64,000 nt of DNA from Mobula hypostoma (taxonomy: Eukaryota): the NCBI RefSeq assembly GCF_963921235.1, contig NC_086097.1:103852001-103916000 (forward strand). Direction: 5' to 3'. This document shows positions 14,619 through 27,300 of this stretch, in pieces; position 1 is the first letter of the stretch; every line of letters begins with the position of its first letter. A model generated the notes under the pieces. It had not been told where the DNA came from, searched no databases, and saw only the letters and a list, made by a program, of their open reading frames with translations. The position numbers and the translations under genes were made by a program.

Positions 14619-17600
14619 GGATCTCCTGCTGGTTGAAGGAGTAACAGCCTTTTGCAGTCGCTCCTATTTTACTTACTTTACAGTTTCAAACCTGTTTTGA
14701 AACCTTACTTTTAAAAGTGATATTGTTTTACTATGAGTACTCTGAGTACAAGGGGTGCCAAAGGTACTAAAAAAGACCCTCCTGAATCTTTGGAAGCTAT
14801 AATGGATTTGCTTCGAAAACAGAGAAAAGAATCCGACGAGTTTCAGCAGCAGTCCAACAACTCAGCTCTGAAATTAAACAAATAGATGCAAAATTGAATT
14901 CTATTCAAAAAACCTTAACTGAACATGATAAACGAATAGAAGGGAATGAGGAAATTGACGATTTTGGATGCGAAAATGGATGACCTACAAAAGCTTTGTG
15001 AAAAACAATCTAAGTCTAATGAAAAATTAAGACAGAAGATTATCGATTTAGAAAACAGAAGCAGAAGAAATAATCTACGAAGTCTGGGTCTTGAAGAGTT
15101 AGTGGAAAGTGATCAGCCTACTGAATTCTTTGCAAGCTTTTTGGCAAAATTATTTCATAAAATCTTACCATCTTTACCTATGAATGATCGAGCTCATAGA
15201 TCGCTTGTGTCTAGACCACCTCCAGGAGCAAAACCCAGATCAGTGATAATCTGTTTTCATGAATTTCAAACAAAGGATCATTTAATTTGTGAATCCTGTC
15301 GAAGAGGAATGATTGATTATAACGGTCAGAAGATCAGGATCGTCGAGGATTTTTCACCCGAGGTCATGAATGAGCATGCTAAGTTCAAAAAGGTTATGTC
15401 GGAACTTTTTAAACAAAGGTTTCAAACCTTCTCCTCGTTATCCTGCTCGGCTCAGAATTATACTGAAGGATGGCTCTAAGGAGTGGTTCCATTAGAGTGA
15501 AGCAGCTCAGAAATTCTTAAAATCAGAAGATTAACTGTTCAGTATCTTTCCACATGAATAATTGCTTCTTTTACTTTTGGTAAATCTTTGTAGCTATCTT
15601 TTTGAAACTTTAAATGCTTTATTTAGAGAAGATTTTAACAAGTTAATATCTTGTATGTTTTTGAATTTCGATAGGTTTTTTATTATTTTATATTATACTT
15701 AATTTTCAAGGTTTTTTTTCTATCAATAAGGCCTAGTTTGGGTATTTTTCATTTTATCATTTTGAAATTAATAATTAATTTATATATGTTCTTGTTATGA
15801 GGGTTAAGTTTTTTTTCTTTGTCTACTGTTTTGTCTAGGTTGGAATGCAGTTAACTTTGAAACTAATTAGGAGCTAAACCAGTAGGTCTTTTTGGGAGGG
15901 TGACGTCATTAGATTTAGCTGTCGGCTTTCTTTTGGCCGGCTTTCTGACTTTGGGAGGAGAGTGGGGGGCATGTTTTTTTTCCCCGAAGCTGTTTTGGAT
16001 TTTTAGCCAAATCTGTTGCTTAGTTACCACATTTCAAGGTTTATTGTTTGGCTTTAACATACATTCCAGTGGTTATTACTTTAACCTTTCTATTAAATAG
16101 TATTAAGAATGGATCAAACTATTAACTTACTTAGTCTTAACATGAAAGAATTAAATCACCCTGTGAAATGGAATAATATTTTTGCATATATTAAAAAACT
16201 TAAGGTTCCAATTATTTTTCAACAAGAAACTCACGTACGTAATTGTGACAATTTACGCCTTTTCGGTAGATGGAGAGGACTCTTTTTTCATTCCTCTTTT
16301 CAGAATAAGTCGAGGGGAGTTTTGATCTTTATAGCTAATACAGTTCCCTTTGTCCAACATAAAGTAGTGTCTGATACTAATGGGCATTTTGTCATAGAGT
16401 CAGGAAAATTAGATAATAAATTAATGGTATTTGCTCATCTGTCCGCCCCAAATACAGATGACCCAGGATTCTTCGAGCGTTTTTTTCTCATTTTTGCCAG
16501 ATTTGAGCCTTTACTCATTGGTGGTGGGAGGAGACTTTAATTGCTGGTTAGATCCAGCTCTAGATCGGTCATCTTTTAAACCAGCAACACTTAATAAATC
16601 AGCTTTATTCAATCTTTTCTAATGAAATGTGGTATTGTTGATGTATGGTGTTTCTTACATCCACTAGACAGGGATTATTTGTTTTTTTTTCTCATGTCCA
16701 CCATACATATTCCAGGATTTTTTTTTTTATTGATAGCCAGATGATTCCATTAGTTCGATCCTGTGAATATAAAGAGATTGCTGTCTCAGATCATGCCCCT
16801 GTGCTTTTATCTTTAAATCTCCCCGGTCTTCCTCAAAGAAACAGATCTTGGTGCTTTAATCTAACTTTGCTATCCGATAAGGATTTTTAAAAGTTTCTGG
16901 AGAGACAAATTACTCTTTTTTTTTTGAAGAGAATACACTGGAAGAGACTTCTAGTCTTATTATATGGGATGTTTTTAAGGCTTATATTAAAGGACAAATT
17001 ATTTCATATACTGCAAGTGTCAAGAAAAAAGCTAATAAAGAGAGAATTGAATTAGCTAATCAGTTGAAACAATTAGACCAAAAATATGCCTTGGCTTCAG
17101 ATCCTGCTTTATATAAAAGGCGTGTTGAAATTCAAACTAAATATGATCTTCTTTTATCTTATCCAATTGAAATTCCGCTCCTAAAAGATAAAAGTCAATT
17201 TTATATTCATGGAGACAAAACAGGTGAATTACTGGCTAACCAATTAAAAACCTTTATAGCTGAACGGCAAATTAAAGAAAATTGTAAAGTTAATAGCGAT
17301 AGGACAACTGACCATTCAGAAATAAATAATATCTTTAGAGAATTCTATTCTAAACTTTATAGTTCTGACCCTCCCAAAGATAATACTATTATGAATAATT
17401 TTTAGACCAATTAAACATTCTTACACTTTCTGTTGATAACTGTAAACAGTTGGATCAACCTATTTCTTATGAGGAAATTGCTGAGGCTGTACATTCATTG
17501 CACTCGGGGAAGGCTCCGGGTCCTGATGGGTTTTCTGCAGAATTTTATAAGGCGTTTTCCTTACTGCTTATACCTCATTTATGTTCAGTTTTTTTGATTC

Positions 17601-20054
17601 CTCTAAGTTGGGTAGGTTGCCACAATCTTTTTATGAAGCTTCTATTTCGCTCATCCTTCAAAAGAATAAGAACCCAACTGAATTCTCTTCATACAGACCA
17701 ATTTCCTTAATTAACGTTGATACTAAATTTCTATCCAAAGTTTTGGCACACAGGATTGAAAATATTTTACCATCTATCATTTCTGATGATCAGACTGGAT
17801 TTATTAACATCCACTTTAATAACATTTATTAAATGTTACTTATTCTCCTTCTGAGGAGATATCGGAATGTGATATCTTTAGACGCTGAGAAGGCTTTTAA
17901 TCAGGTTGAATGGAATTATTTATTTAAAACCTTAGAAAAATTTAATTTTGGGCCCTATTTTATTCAATGGATTAAATTACTTTATCTCCCTCTGCTCAGG
18001 CTCTTACTAATTTTCATAATTCCAAGTCTTTTAAACTTCAACGTGAAACCAGACAAGGTTGTCCCTTGAGACCTTTGCTCTTTGATCTGGCCTTAGAACC
18101 CTTAGCCATTGCTTTTTGAGAATCTAATGATATTACTGGTATCTTAAGGAGAGGTATTACCATAAAGTTTCTCTTTATGCTGATGACCTATTGCTTTTTA
18201 CTTTTAGTGTCGAGACTTTGTTACCTCCTGCGCTTTCTTGGCGCTCTTGCTTTAGCCAGTTTTCAGGATATAAACTGAATTTACACAAGAGTGAATTTTT
18301 TTCCTTTGAATAATTTGATATCAATTAATACTAACCTTTCTTTTAAAATTGTAAGAAATCAATTTACCTATTTGGGTGTAACAATTACTGAGAATTATAA
18401 ACACCTACTTAAAGAAAATTTTCTTACCCTTCTGAATTATGTAAGAAGGGCACAATCAAACTGGTCGCTCCTTTCGTTATCATTGATTGGCCGAATAAAC
18501 TATTAAAATGAATATTTTACCTACATTTATATACCTTTTTCAGGCCTTACCCATTCTTATTCCTAAATTCTTTTTTGACTCTCTTGCTTCTATTATATCT
18601 TATATATGGAAAAATAAACATTCGCGACTAAATAAAGTCCATCTTCAAAAAGCTAAAAAGAATGGAGGTTTAGCTTTACCAAATTTTAGGTTTTATTACT
18701 GGGCAGTCATTATACGAAATCTTACATTTTGGTCATATTACCCCTGAGGGCTGTCCGATATGGGTTTCTTTAGAAGCTAATTCTGTTAATAAATTTTCTA
18801 TCATTTCTCTTCTTGGATCCTCACTTCCTTTATCCTTAATTAACTGATAATTTGGTAGTTAAACATACTTTGAGGATCTGGGTACAACTTAGAAAATATT
18901 TTGTTTTAATGGGATTTTCTTTTTCAAGTCCCATTTATTCTAGTTATTTTTTTAAACCCTCTATGATCAATCCAGTTCTTAAAGAATGGGATAGATTGGG
19001 TATTAAATGCTTCTAGGATTTGTTTGTTCGAGGAAGTCTCCTTTCGTTTGAGCAATTGTCAGCTAAATATAGCTTACCAAAAACCCACTTTTACCGATAT
19101 CTACAAATTAGAGACTTTCTGCGTTCTCAATTACATACGTTTCCTAATAGTCCCAATAAGGACTTATTAGATGTAATTTCTAATTTGGAACCCTTTCATA
19201 TGATTCAATATCCAATATTTATAGCATGTTGCTGGGAATGAGAAATGCTCCTTTAGACAAAATTAAAAATTTCTGGGAACAAGATTTACAGACTTCAATT
19301 TCTGAGGAAATTCGGAATGAAATTTTTAAATTGGTTAACACTTCTTTGTTATGTGCCCACCACTGCCTCCTACTATTTAAAGTGGTCCATAGGGCTCATA
19401 TGACTAAGGATAAGCTATCTCATTTTTATTCAGATATATCTCCCTTTTGGGATAGGTGTAACAATGGAGAAGCTTCATTAATTCACATGTTTTGGACATG
19501 TCCGAGTCTTGAAAGATACTAGAAGGAAGTATTCCAAACTTTCTCGGTACCTTTTAAGGTTAATTTTAAGCCTAACCCTTTGACCACCCTATTTGGTATT
19601 GTTGGAAGAAAAGATATTATTTTGGAGACATCTGATTTGTACATTTTGGCGTGATGTTATGTCATGTTTAAATTTAGAGAAGATCCATTGTTCAATTTCT
19701 GAATCTAGTCAAGACTTTCAAACATTGTGGGGACCATTTTTGAACTATTTTCAAAACCTTTAACGTGCTGTTAAAGTACAGATGGTGGCTAATAACATAT
19801 TTCACTTTATGATAAGGATATTTTTCCTTTTTTCTTTCTTTACCAAACAGCTTCGATCTTGGCAGTGGGTTTAGATTTTTTCGTATAATAAAATTATTAC
19901 ATTTCAATATTACGATTTAATTTAATTTACATGAATATAGGGTAATGTGATTGCAAGTGTGATTCTAATACGTATTTGGTTTTTTTTGATTTATAATATA
20001 TCTTCATGTACTCTGTATTCTTTTATGCAAAAACTCATAAAAATATTGAAAGAG
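14619..20054 (+). mobile_element. Full-length decayed L1-clade LINE (ORF1 ~14733-15530; ORF2 ~16109-19760)
   Basis: ORF1 IIDLENRSRRNNLR/DRAHR/IRIVEDFS. ORF2 APE (QETH, GGDFN, SDHAP), RT (KAPGPDGF, YRPISLINVD, LDAEKAF, YADD) and C-terminal HMFWTC. 15-bp TSD GAATTCTTTGA(C/G)GAG at 14604-14618 and 20055-20069. Confidence 0.95.
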
Positions 20055-21255
20055 GAATTCTTTGAGGAGATTACACGTAGGATAGATAAAGGGGATGCAG
20101 TATATTTAGACTTTCAGAAGGCCTCGGACAAGGTGCCACACATAAGGCTGCTGACTAAGTTAAGAACCCATGGTATTGGAGCATTAGTTGATTGGTTGGA
20201 GGCAGAGAGTGGAAATAAAAGGATCCTTTTCTGGTTGGCTGCCAGTGACTAGTGGTGTTACGCAGGGGTCGGTGTTGGGACCACTTCTTTTTATGCTGTA
20301 TATCAATGATTTAGATGATGGAATAGATGGCTTTGTTGCTAAGTTTGCAGATGATACAAAGATTGGTGTAGGGGTAGGTAGTGTTGAGGAAACACTAGGA
20401 CTTACACAGATCAGGGGAATGGGCAACAAAGTGGCAAGAGAAATACAATGTTGGAAAATGCATGGTCTTGCACTTGGGTAGTAGAAATAAATGTGCAGAA
20501 TATTTTCTAAACGAGGAAAAAAATCCAAAAATCTAAATTGCAAAGGACTCCCAAATCCAGGAGTCCTTGTGCGGAACACCCTAAAGGTTAACTTGCAGGT
20601 AGTCAGTGGTGAGGAAGGCAAATGCAATGTTAGCATTCATTTCAAGAGGTCTAGAATACAAGAGCAGGGATGTGATGCTGAGGGTTTACAAGGCAGTGGT
20701 AAGGCCTCACTTTGAGTACTGTGAACTGCTTTGGGCTCCTCATGTAAGAAAAGATGCGCTGGCATTGGAGAGGGTTCAGAGGAGGTTCACAGGGATGATT
20801 TTAGGAATGAAAGGGTTATCATCTGAGAAACATTTGATTGGTCTGGGTCTGTACTTGCTGGAATCAGAAGGACGAAAGGGAATCTCACTGAAACCTTTGG
20901 AACGTTGAAAGGCCTAGACAGAGTAGATTGGAAAGGATGTTTCCCCATGGTGGATGAGCATAGGACAAGAGGGCACAGCCTCAGGATAGAGGGGTATCCA
21001 TTTAAAACAGATGCGGAGAAATATCTTTAGCCAGAGGATGGTAAATTTGTGGAATTTATTACCACAGGCAACTATGGAAGCCAGGTCATTGGCAGAGCTT
21101 GATAGGTTCTTGATTGGACACAGCATCAAATGTTACGGGGAGAAGGCAGGGAAGTAGGGCTAAGGAGGGGAGAAAAAGATCAGCCATGATTGAATGGTGG
21201 AGCAGTGTCGATGCACCAAATGGCCTAATTCTGCTCCCATGTCTTATGGTTTTAT
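20055..21255 (+). mobile_element. CR1 LINE, 3' part
   Basis: EFFEEIT, YLDFQKA, QGSVLGP, FADDTK, RPHFEYC and TCTTATGG tail. Confidence 0.9.
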
Positions 21256-21585
21256 TAAGATTCGAGATATAGACAGGGCGGACAGCCAGTCCCCTTTTTC
21301 CCCAGAGCAGCAATAGGTAATGAAAGGCATACTTTCAGGTGATTTGAGGAAAGTATAGGAAGGATTCCAGAAACATTTTTCTTTAAAAAAAAAGTGAGTG
21401 CACGGATTGCACTGTTGAGGGTGGTGGCACAGGCAGATACATTAGGGACATTTAGATACATTCATGAAAGAAAAATGGAAGGCTCTGTGGAAGGGAACGA
21501 TTTGATTGATCTTGGAGTAAGTTAAAAGGTCAATACAACACTGAAGGCCAAGGAGCCTGTATTGTGCCGTACTATTCTATAAAAG
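21256..21585 (+). mobile_element. Older CR1 3' end
   Basis: CR1-type 3' coding remnant and UTR ending TATTGTGCCGTACTATTCTAT. Confidence 0.6.
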
Positions 21586-22129
21586 AGATAACTAAATTAC
21601 ATGGTAAAGGTTTAGAACGGATTTTAAAATTAATTTTTCCCCACACAGATGGTAGATTGTAATTGGAACACTGTCTGAATGGCCAGTGAAGTCAGATACA
21701 CTGCTAACATTTAAAGTTTCTCGACAAGTAGTTAAATTGCTTGAACATCGAAAGTAATTGACCAAATGCAAAAAAATAGGATTAGGGCAGACAGATACTT
21801 GATGGTCATTATGGACGTGGCAGGCTCACAAGACAGTTTTTGTATTGCATAACTTTGTGACTATTTCATTGGCACTCAGTAGTTTTGGAACATCCTGCAA
21901 TTTGGAAAGTCAGTGGAAGGCTCTTCCTTTTCTGAGACCCAAGCAGAGGGTATTGCCATACTAAGGGGAAAAAATTGCACTTCTACAACAGCTTTCAGGT
22001 CAACTCAAAACATCGCAGAACCGGTGGAGTCCTCCGGAAGTGCTGCATCTGTGGTACTACAGGAAATATTGTAACCAATTAGTACATACATTCAAGAAAA
22101 AGCAATGTGATAAAATGTTTGACTGTTGT

Positions 22130-24190
22130 TGATAAACTGGAAAGATACTAGCATGGATAAAGCATTTGCTAATTAGCAGGAGGCAAAGAGTGGGAAGCCT
22201 TTTCTGATTGGCTGCCGGTGAAGAGTGGTGTTCCACAGGGGCCAGTGTTAGATCACTTCTTTTTACAATATATGTCAATGATTTGGATGACAGAGTTCAT
22301 GGCTTCGTGGCCAAGTTTGCAGATGACACGAAAATAGGTAGAGAGGCATGTAGTGTTGAGATAGCAGAGAGTTTGCAGACAGATAAGAATGCGCAAAGAT
22401 GTGGCAGGTGGAATTGTGTCCAGAAGTGTATGATATGCACTTTGGTAGAAAGAATAAAAGCATAGAATATTTTCTAAAACGGTGAGTAAATTCAAAATTC
22501 CGAGGGTGCAAAGGATCCTCGTGCAGGATTCCCTAAAGGTTAACTTGCAGATTGAGTTGGTGGTGAAGGCGGCAAATGCAATGTTAGCATTCATTTCGAG
22601 AGGACTAGAATAGAAAAACAAAGATGTAACGCTGAGGCTTATAAGGCATTGGTGAAGCCTTACTTGCAGCATTCTCGGCAGCTTTGGGCCCTTTATTTAA
22701 GAAAAGATGGGCTGACATAGGAAAAGGTTCAAAGGAGGTTAATGAGAATGATCCCCAGAATGGAAGGCTTATCATATGAGAAAATTTGATATCACTGGGC
22801 TTTTACTCACAGGAATTTAGATAAATGAGGTGGGGGGGGGAGAAAGATTTCATTGAAATCTTTCAGATGTTGAAAGATCTAGAGAGAGTGGATGTTGAAA
22901 GAATGTTTCCTATAGTGGGGTCGAGGATCAGAGGCCACAGCCTCAGAAGCAACGGACATCCATTTAGAATTTGAATTGACTTTATTTCTTACATCCTTCA
23001 CATACATGAGTAAAAATCTTTGTTACATCTCCATCTGAATGTGCCATGTGCAATCATAGTAACCATATAACAATTACAGCACAGAAACAGGCCATCTCAG
23101 CCCTTCTAGTCAGTGCCGAACTCTTACTTTCACCTAGTCCCTCACTCAGCCCATAACCTTCCATTCCTTTCCTGTAATTTATAATAAATACAAGAGTCAA
23201 TGTAATATAGAGCACACTCAAGTCAGCGTGAGTTCATCGGTCTGATGGCCTGGTGGAAGAAGCTGTCCCGGAGCTTGTTGGTCCTGGCTTTTATGCTGCG
23301 GTACCACTTCCCAGATGGTAGCAGCTGGAATAGATTGTTGTTGGGATGGCTTGGGTCCCCAATGATCCTATGGGCCCTTTTTACACACCTGTCCTTGTAA
23401 ATGTCCTGAATCATGTGAAGTTCACAACTACAGATGTGCTGGGCTGTCCGCACAACTCTGCAGAATCCTGCGATTAAGGGAGGTACAGTTCCAATACCAG
23501 GCAGTGATGCAGCCAGTCAGGATACTCTCAATTGTGCCCCTGTAGAAAGTTCTTAGGATTTGGGGGGCCCATACCAAACTTCCTCAGTTGTCTGAGGTGA
23601 AAGAGGTGCTGTTCTGCCTTCTTCACTACACAGCTGGTGTGTACTGACCACGTGAGGTCCTCAGTGGTGTGGATGCCAAGGAACTTGAAGCTGTTTACCC
23701 TCTCAACCCCAGACCCATTGATGTCAATAGGAGTTAGCCCGTCTCCATTCTTCCTGTAATCCACAACCAGCTCCTTTGTTTTTGTGACATTGAGGGAGAG
23801 GTTATTTTCTTGACACCATTGTGTCAGAGAGATGACTTCTTCCCTGTAGGCTGCCTCATTATTGTTTGAGATAAGGCCAATCAATGTAGTGTCCTCGGCA
23901 AATTCAATTAGCAGATTGGAGCTGTGGGTGGCAACACAGTTATGGGTGTACGGAGATGGAGAGGAATTTCTTTAGCCAGAGAGTGGTAAATCTTTGCCGC
24001 AGACAGCTACAGAGGCCAGGTCATTGGGTGTATTTAAGGCAGAGGTTAATAGATTCTTGCTAAATCAGTGTGTGAAAAGTTACAGGAAGAATTCAGGAGA
24101 ATGAGATCGGGGGGAAATGGATCAGCCATGACCAAATGGCAGAGCAGACCTGATGGGCTGAATAGCCTAATTCTGCTGTCTTATGGCCTG
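22130..24190 (+). mobile_element. CR1 LINE 3' half, interrupted by a Rex1/Babar element
   Basis: YVNDLDD..FADDTK; host sequence resumes at about 23951 (CGGAGATGGAGAGGAATTTC) and ends in TCTTATGG. Confidence 0.85.
22969..23950 (-). mobile_element. Rex1/Babar-like LINE 3' fragment, with a CR1 tail inserted at ~23062-23175
   Basis: DTTLIGLISNNNEAAYREEV, LNVTKTKELVVDYR, FKFLGIH, LPSGKWYRSIKART. Confidence 0.85.
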
Positions 24191-24383
24191 GTAAATAAGA
24201 GGCCAGGAGAAAGTGGGGAAAAACTTACCTGCCTTTCTTTCAAATAATACTGCAGGATCTTTCCATCTAAATAAGACAACTCAATGATTCAATAAGCAAT
24301 AAGAAAATATAAACACAAGAAATTCTGAAGAGCAATGGACATAAAATGCTGGAGAAACTAAGCAGGTCAGAGAGCATCTATGG

Positions 24384-27300
24384 CAGCGGTCCCCAACCAC
24401 CAGGCCAAGGACCGGTATCGGGCCGCAATGCATGTGCTACCGGGCTGTGAGGAAATGATATGAGTCAGCTGCACCTTTCCTCATTCCCTGTCACGCACTG
24501 TTGAACTTGAACATAGGGTTGCCAACTGTCCCGTATTTGCTGGGACATCCCATATATTAGGCTAAATTGGTTTGTCCCGTATTTCCCCCGCTACGGTAGA
24601 GCGTTCCTATGAAGCCTTTCGTAGCGAAATGGCGTGAAGCGAAAAAGCAATTACCATTAATTTATATGGGAAAAATTTTTGAGCGTTCCCAGACCCAAAA
24701 AATAACCTAACAAATCATACCAAATAACACATAAAACCGAAAATAAATAACACTAACATTAACAAGGGTCGAGGTCCCTTCTCCCCGAGCAGTGTTTAAA
24801 ACAAAAGACTTTTTGTACCCGATTTCTTCACTCCCTTCTGAGAAGAAGGGAGTGAAGAAATCGGGTACAAAAAGTCTTTTTTTTTTAAACACTGCTCGGG
24901 GAGAAGGGTCTGCACTGCGCAGGCGCGTGATGTAGCACACTAAGGTTTAAAAAGAGGAATTTTCAATGGTTCTTGTTTCAGTCGAAGCAAGCAGCTGAGA
25001 AGAAGGGAGCGAAGAAATCGGGTACAAAAAGTCTTTTTTTTAAAACGCTGCTCAGGGAGAAGGGTCTGCACTGCGCAGGCACGTGACATAGCGTGCCAAG
25101 GTTTAAAAACAGACAACCATATACAGTGGGCAGCGGAGTGAGAGGGAGCAGAGTGGGATGGCTTTGGCTCAACAGGCTTCGGCGAGAACAGGCAGAGGCC
25201 AGGGTAGGTTCCGGTAAGTTTTTTGTCCAGATTGTTTAGAGTAGAGAGAATGCCAGGTAGGATGTTGGAATGCTCCTCTTGCAGGATGTGGGAAGTCAGG
25301 GAGCCCTCCGGTGTCCCTGACAATGACATCTGCAAGAAGTACATCCAGCTGCAGCTCCTAACAAACTGTGTTAGGGAACTGGAGCAGGAGCGGGATGACC
25401 TCCGGATCATTCGGGAGAATGAGGAGTTTATAGATAGTAGCTACAGGGAGGTAGTTACGCTAAAGGAGCAGAGCACAGGAAATTGGGTCACTGTCAGGTG
25501 AGGGAAGAGGAAATGGCAGGCAAAGCAGGGTTCCCCCGTGGCCATTCCCCTCAACAACAAGTATACCACATTGGATACTGTTGGGGAAGATGACTTACCT
25601 GGGACAAGCTGCAGCAGCCAGATCTCTGGCACTGTGTCTGGTTCTGCAGTGCAGAAGGGAGGGTAGAAAAAGAGGAGAGCGGTAGTGATAGGGGACTCAA
25701 TAGTTAGAGGTACAGATAGGAGGCTCTGTGGTCGTGAGAGAATCCAGGATGGTTTGTTGCCTCCCAGGCGCCAGGATCAAGAATGTCTCTGATCGATTGC
25801 ATGACATTCTGAAGTAGGAGGGTGATCAGCCAGATGTCGTGGTACACACCGGTAGCAAGGAAGTGTGAGGAGGTCCTGGAGAGTGAGTATAGAGAGAGTG
25901 GTAGAAATTTGAAAAGCAGGACCTTGAGGGTGGTAATCTCAGGATTGCTACCTGTGCTACGTGCCAGTGAGGCTAAAAATAGGATGCTCTGGAGGATGAA
26001 CAAGTGGCTGAGGAACTGGTGTAGGGGGCAGGGTTTCAGATTTCAGGATCATTGGGACCTCTTCTGGGGCAGGTGGGTCCTGTACAAGAGAGACGGGTTA
26101 CACTTGAACTACAAGGGGACCAATATCCTTTCAGGGAGGTTTGTTAGTGCTGTTAGGGAGGCTTTAATCTAGATTTGCAGGGGGATGGGAACCAGAGTGC
26201 CAGAGCTGACAGTGAGGCTGGGGTGAAAATAAATGATGTTAAAAGTTCAAGCAAAGCCACAAATAGAAAGACTGTGAGTGGTGGTAAAAAATCTTCTGAG
26301 GCGTATATATTTCAATGCTAGGAGTATTGCGGGGAAGGCAGACGAGTTGAGGGCGTGGATTGACATGTGGAATTATGACGTTATAGCAATTAGTGAAACT
26401 TGGCTAGAGGAGGGGCAGGACTGGCAGCTTAATATTCCAGGGTTCCGATGTTTCAGATGTGATGGAGGCAGAGGAATGGAAGGTGGGGTGGTAGCATTAC
26501 TTGTTGGGGAAAACGTTACAGCAGTGCTCAGGCAGGACAGATTAGAGGGCTTGTCTACTGAGTCCTTATGGGTGGAGCTGAGAAACAGGAAAGGTATGGC
26601 CACATTAGTGGGGTTGTATTATAGACCACTCAGTAGTCAGCGAAAATTGGAGGAGCAAATCGGCAGAAAGATAGCAGGCAACTGCAGGAAAGAGAGTTGT
26701 GGTGGTAGGGAATTTTAATTTTCCACATATTGATTGGGACTCCCATACTGTTAGGGGTCTAGTTGGGTTAGAGTTTGTAAAATGTGTTCAGGAAAGCTTT
26801 CTAAATCAATATATAGAGGTACCAACTAGAGGGGATGCAATAGTAGATCTCCTATTAGAAAACAAGTTAGGACAAGTGACAGAAGTGTGTGTAGGGGAGC
26901 ACTTTGGTTCCAGTGATCATAACACCATTAGTTTCAACTTGATCATGGATAAAGATATATCTGGTCCTAGGGCTGAGGTTCTAAACTGGAAGGCGGCCAA
27001 ATTTGAAGAAATGAGAAAGGATCTAAAAAGCGTGGATTGGGACAGGTTGTTTTCTGGCAAGGACGTGAACGGTAAGTGGGAAGCCTTCAAAGGAGAAATT
27101 TTGGGAGTGCAGAGCTTGTATGTTCCTGTCAAAATTAAAGGCAAAGTGAATAGGAATAAGGAATCCCTTGGTTCTCAAGGGATATTGCAACTCTGATAAA
27201 GAAGAAGAGAGAGTTGTATGACATGTATAGGAAACGGCGTAAATAAGGTGCTTGAATATAAAAAATGCAAAAAAATACTTAAGGAAATCAGGAGGGCTAA

